A DNA stretch of 64,000 nucleotides from NCBI GenBank assembly GCA_039028615.1, contig JBCCHT010000007.1, positions 192,001-256,000 of the forward strand. Direction: 5' to 3'. Made by a program: the position numbers and the translations under genes. A model generated the notes under the pieces. The model worked only from the letters and a program-made list of their open reading frames with translations, made no database searches and was not told where the DNA came from. Shown here one piece after another: positions 63,249 to 64,000 of the stretch. Source of the stretch: Myxococcota bacterium (lineage in GTDB: Bacteria; Myxococcota_A; Polyangia; Nannocystales; Nannocystaceae). Numbering within the stretch: the stretch's first letter is position 1; each line of letters begins with the position of its first letter.

Positions 63249-64000
63249 ATGACCGCCCTTCTCCGCCACGTCGCCGCCGTCGCTGCTCTTTCCACCACCG
63301 CCATCCTCGGCAGTGGCTGTGACTTGCTCGAAGCCCTCGAGAACGAGGTCGATGGGACCACTTTGGTCCAGCTGATGGTCACCCATCACGCGACGCCCGA
63401 GGACGGGCGCTTCCCCGATCTCTCCGACGGCGAGCTTCGTACCTTCGAGACCGACGAGGGCTGGACGGTCTTCTTGCAGGCGGCCTACGTCACCACCTCC
63501 CACGCGACTTTGGGCAACTGCAACGGCAGCACCGTCGAGTTCGACCCGTACTGGGGTCCGCTTCCCGAGAACATCGGGCACCAGGATCTCGACCTGTTCT
63601 CCTTCGCGGCGGCGGAGGTCGAGGGCGGCAACTACTGCGAGCTGAGCGTCGAGTACGGTCCCTTCGTCGCCACCCCGGAGGCCGCTGGCCGCACCGACAT
63701 GGGCGAGCACAAGGCGGACGTCGAGGGCAACACGTACTTCTTCAAGGGCGTCGCGCAGAAGGGCGAGCAGGCGGTCGAATTCGAGCTTTCGAGCAACGCG
63801 ACCATCGACGTCGACCTCGACATGAGCCAGGTGATGAACGGCGGCCCGCTCCACGTTCGCGCGGACGAGGCCTTCCCCATCGACCTCACCCTCTCGAAGA
63901 CCTACGACCGCCTCTTCGACGGCATCGACTTCGAGACCGCGGAGGACGAGGACCTCGAAGGCAACATCATGGCCATGCTCGAGCTCGAGACCCGCATCGC
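63249..64000 (+). CDS. Acidic hypothetical lipoprotein, 3' truncated (absent from the ORF track)
   Basis: ATG 63249: MTALLRHVAAVAALSTTAILGSGC-DLLE...; frame open to the window end with strong GC3 bias. Confidence 0.8.
   Translation, partial: MTALLRHVAAVAALSTTAILGSGCDLLEALENEVDGTTLVQLMVTHHATPEDGRFPDLSDGELRTFETDEGWTVFLQAAYVTTSHATLGNCNGSTVEFDPYWGPLPENIGHQDLDLFSFAAAEVEGGNYCELSVEYGPFVATPEAAGRTDMGEHKADVEGNTYFFKGVAQKGEQAVEFELSSNATIDVDLDMSQVMNGGPLHVRADEAFPIDLTLSKTYDRLFDGIDFETAEDEDLEGNIMAMLELETRI

Noticed and set aside
63198..63854. 218-aa minus-strand ORF
   Set aside because: Antisense shadow of the plus-strand lipoprotein starting at 63249

Overview
A very GC-rich (roughly 70% by eye), gene-dense 64-kb chromosomal window, most likely from a myxobacterium of the Nannocystaceae type. 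That assignment is an inference from a MYXO-CTERM-type tail, about a dozen Ser/Thr/Asp-linker or Cys-rich lipoproteins, three ECF sigma modules and a bactofilin cluster. About 55 real CDS are supported; most long antisense ORFs in the track are GC shadows. No rRNA, tRNA, CRISPR array or intact IS is visible. Recognisable content: dispersed sulfated-polysaccharide genes (Wzx-like flippase, WecB/TagA GT, sulfotransferase, cysD/cysNC, GT2, GT4-like), YcaQ glycosylase, an OYE-tautomerase-HxlR module, a K+ channel, AraC-AKR, FxsA, YgiQ, two-HKD phospholipase D, HTTM, Rpn nuclease, DPP III, L,D-transpeptidase, amidase, TraR/DksA, enoyl-CoA hydratase and M1 aminopeptidase. Best leads for undescribed biology: (1) a three-bactofilin locus whose middle gene fuses bactofilin through a membrane segment to LysM-like and MepA/M74 murein endopeptidase domains (29.1-31.9 kb); (2) an ECF sigma / membrane anti-sigma / lipoprotein TPR-CHAT protease operon (8.5-13.3 kb); (3) an unannotated ~190-200 nt self-complementary intergenic RNA candidate (49.7-49.9 kb); (4) a catalytically degenerate thermonuclease translationally coupled to a K+ channel; (5) a flippase with a pseudo-receiver tail; (6) a probable internal RpnS antitoxin start inside rpn. 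All family calls come from motif recognition by eye, not database searches.
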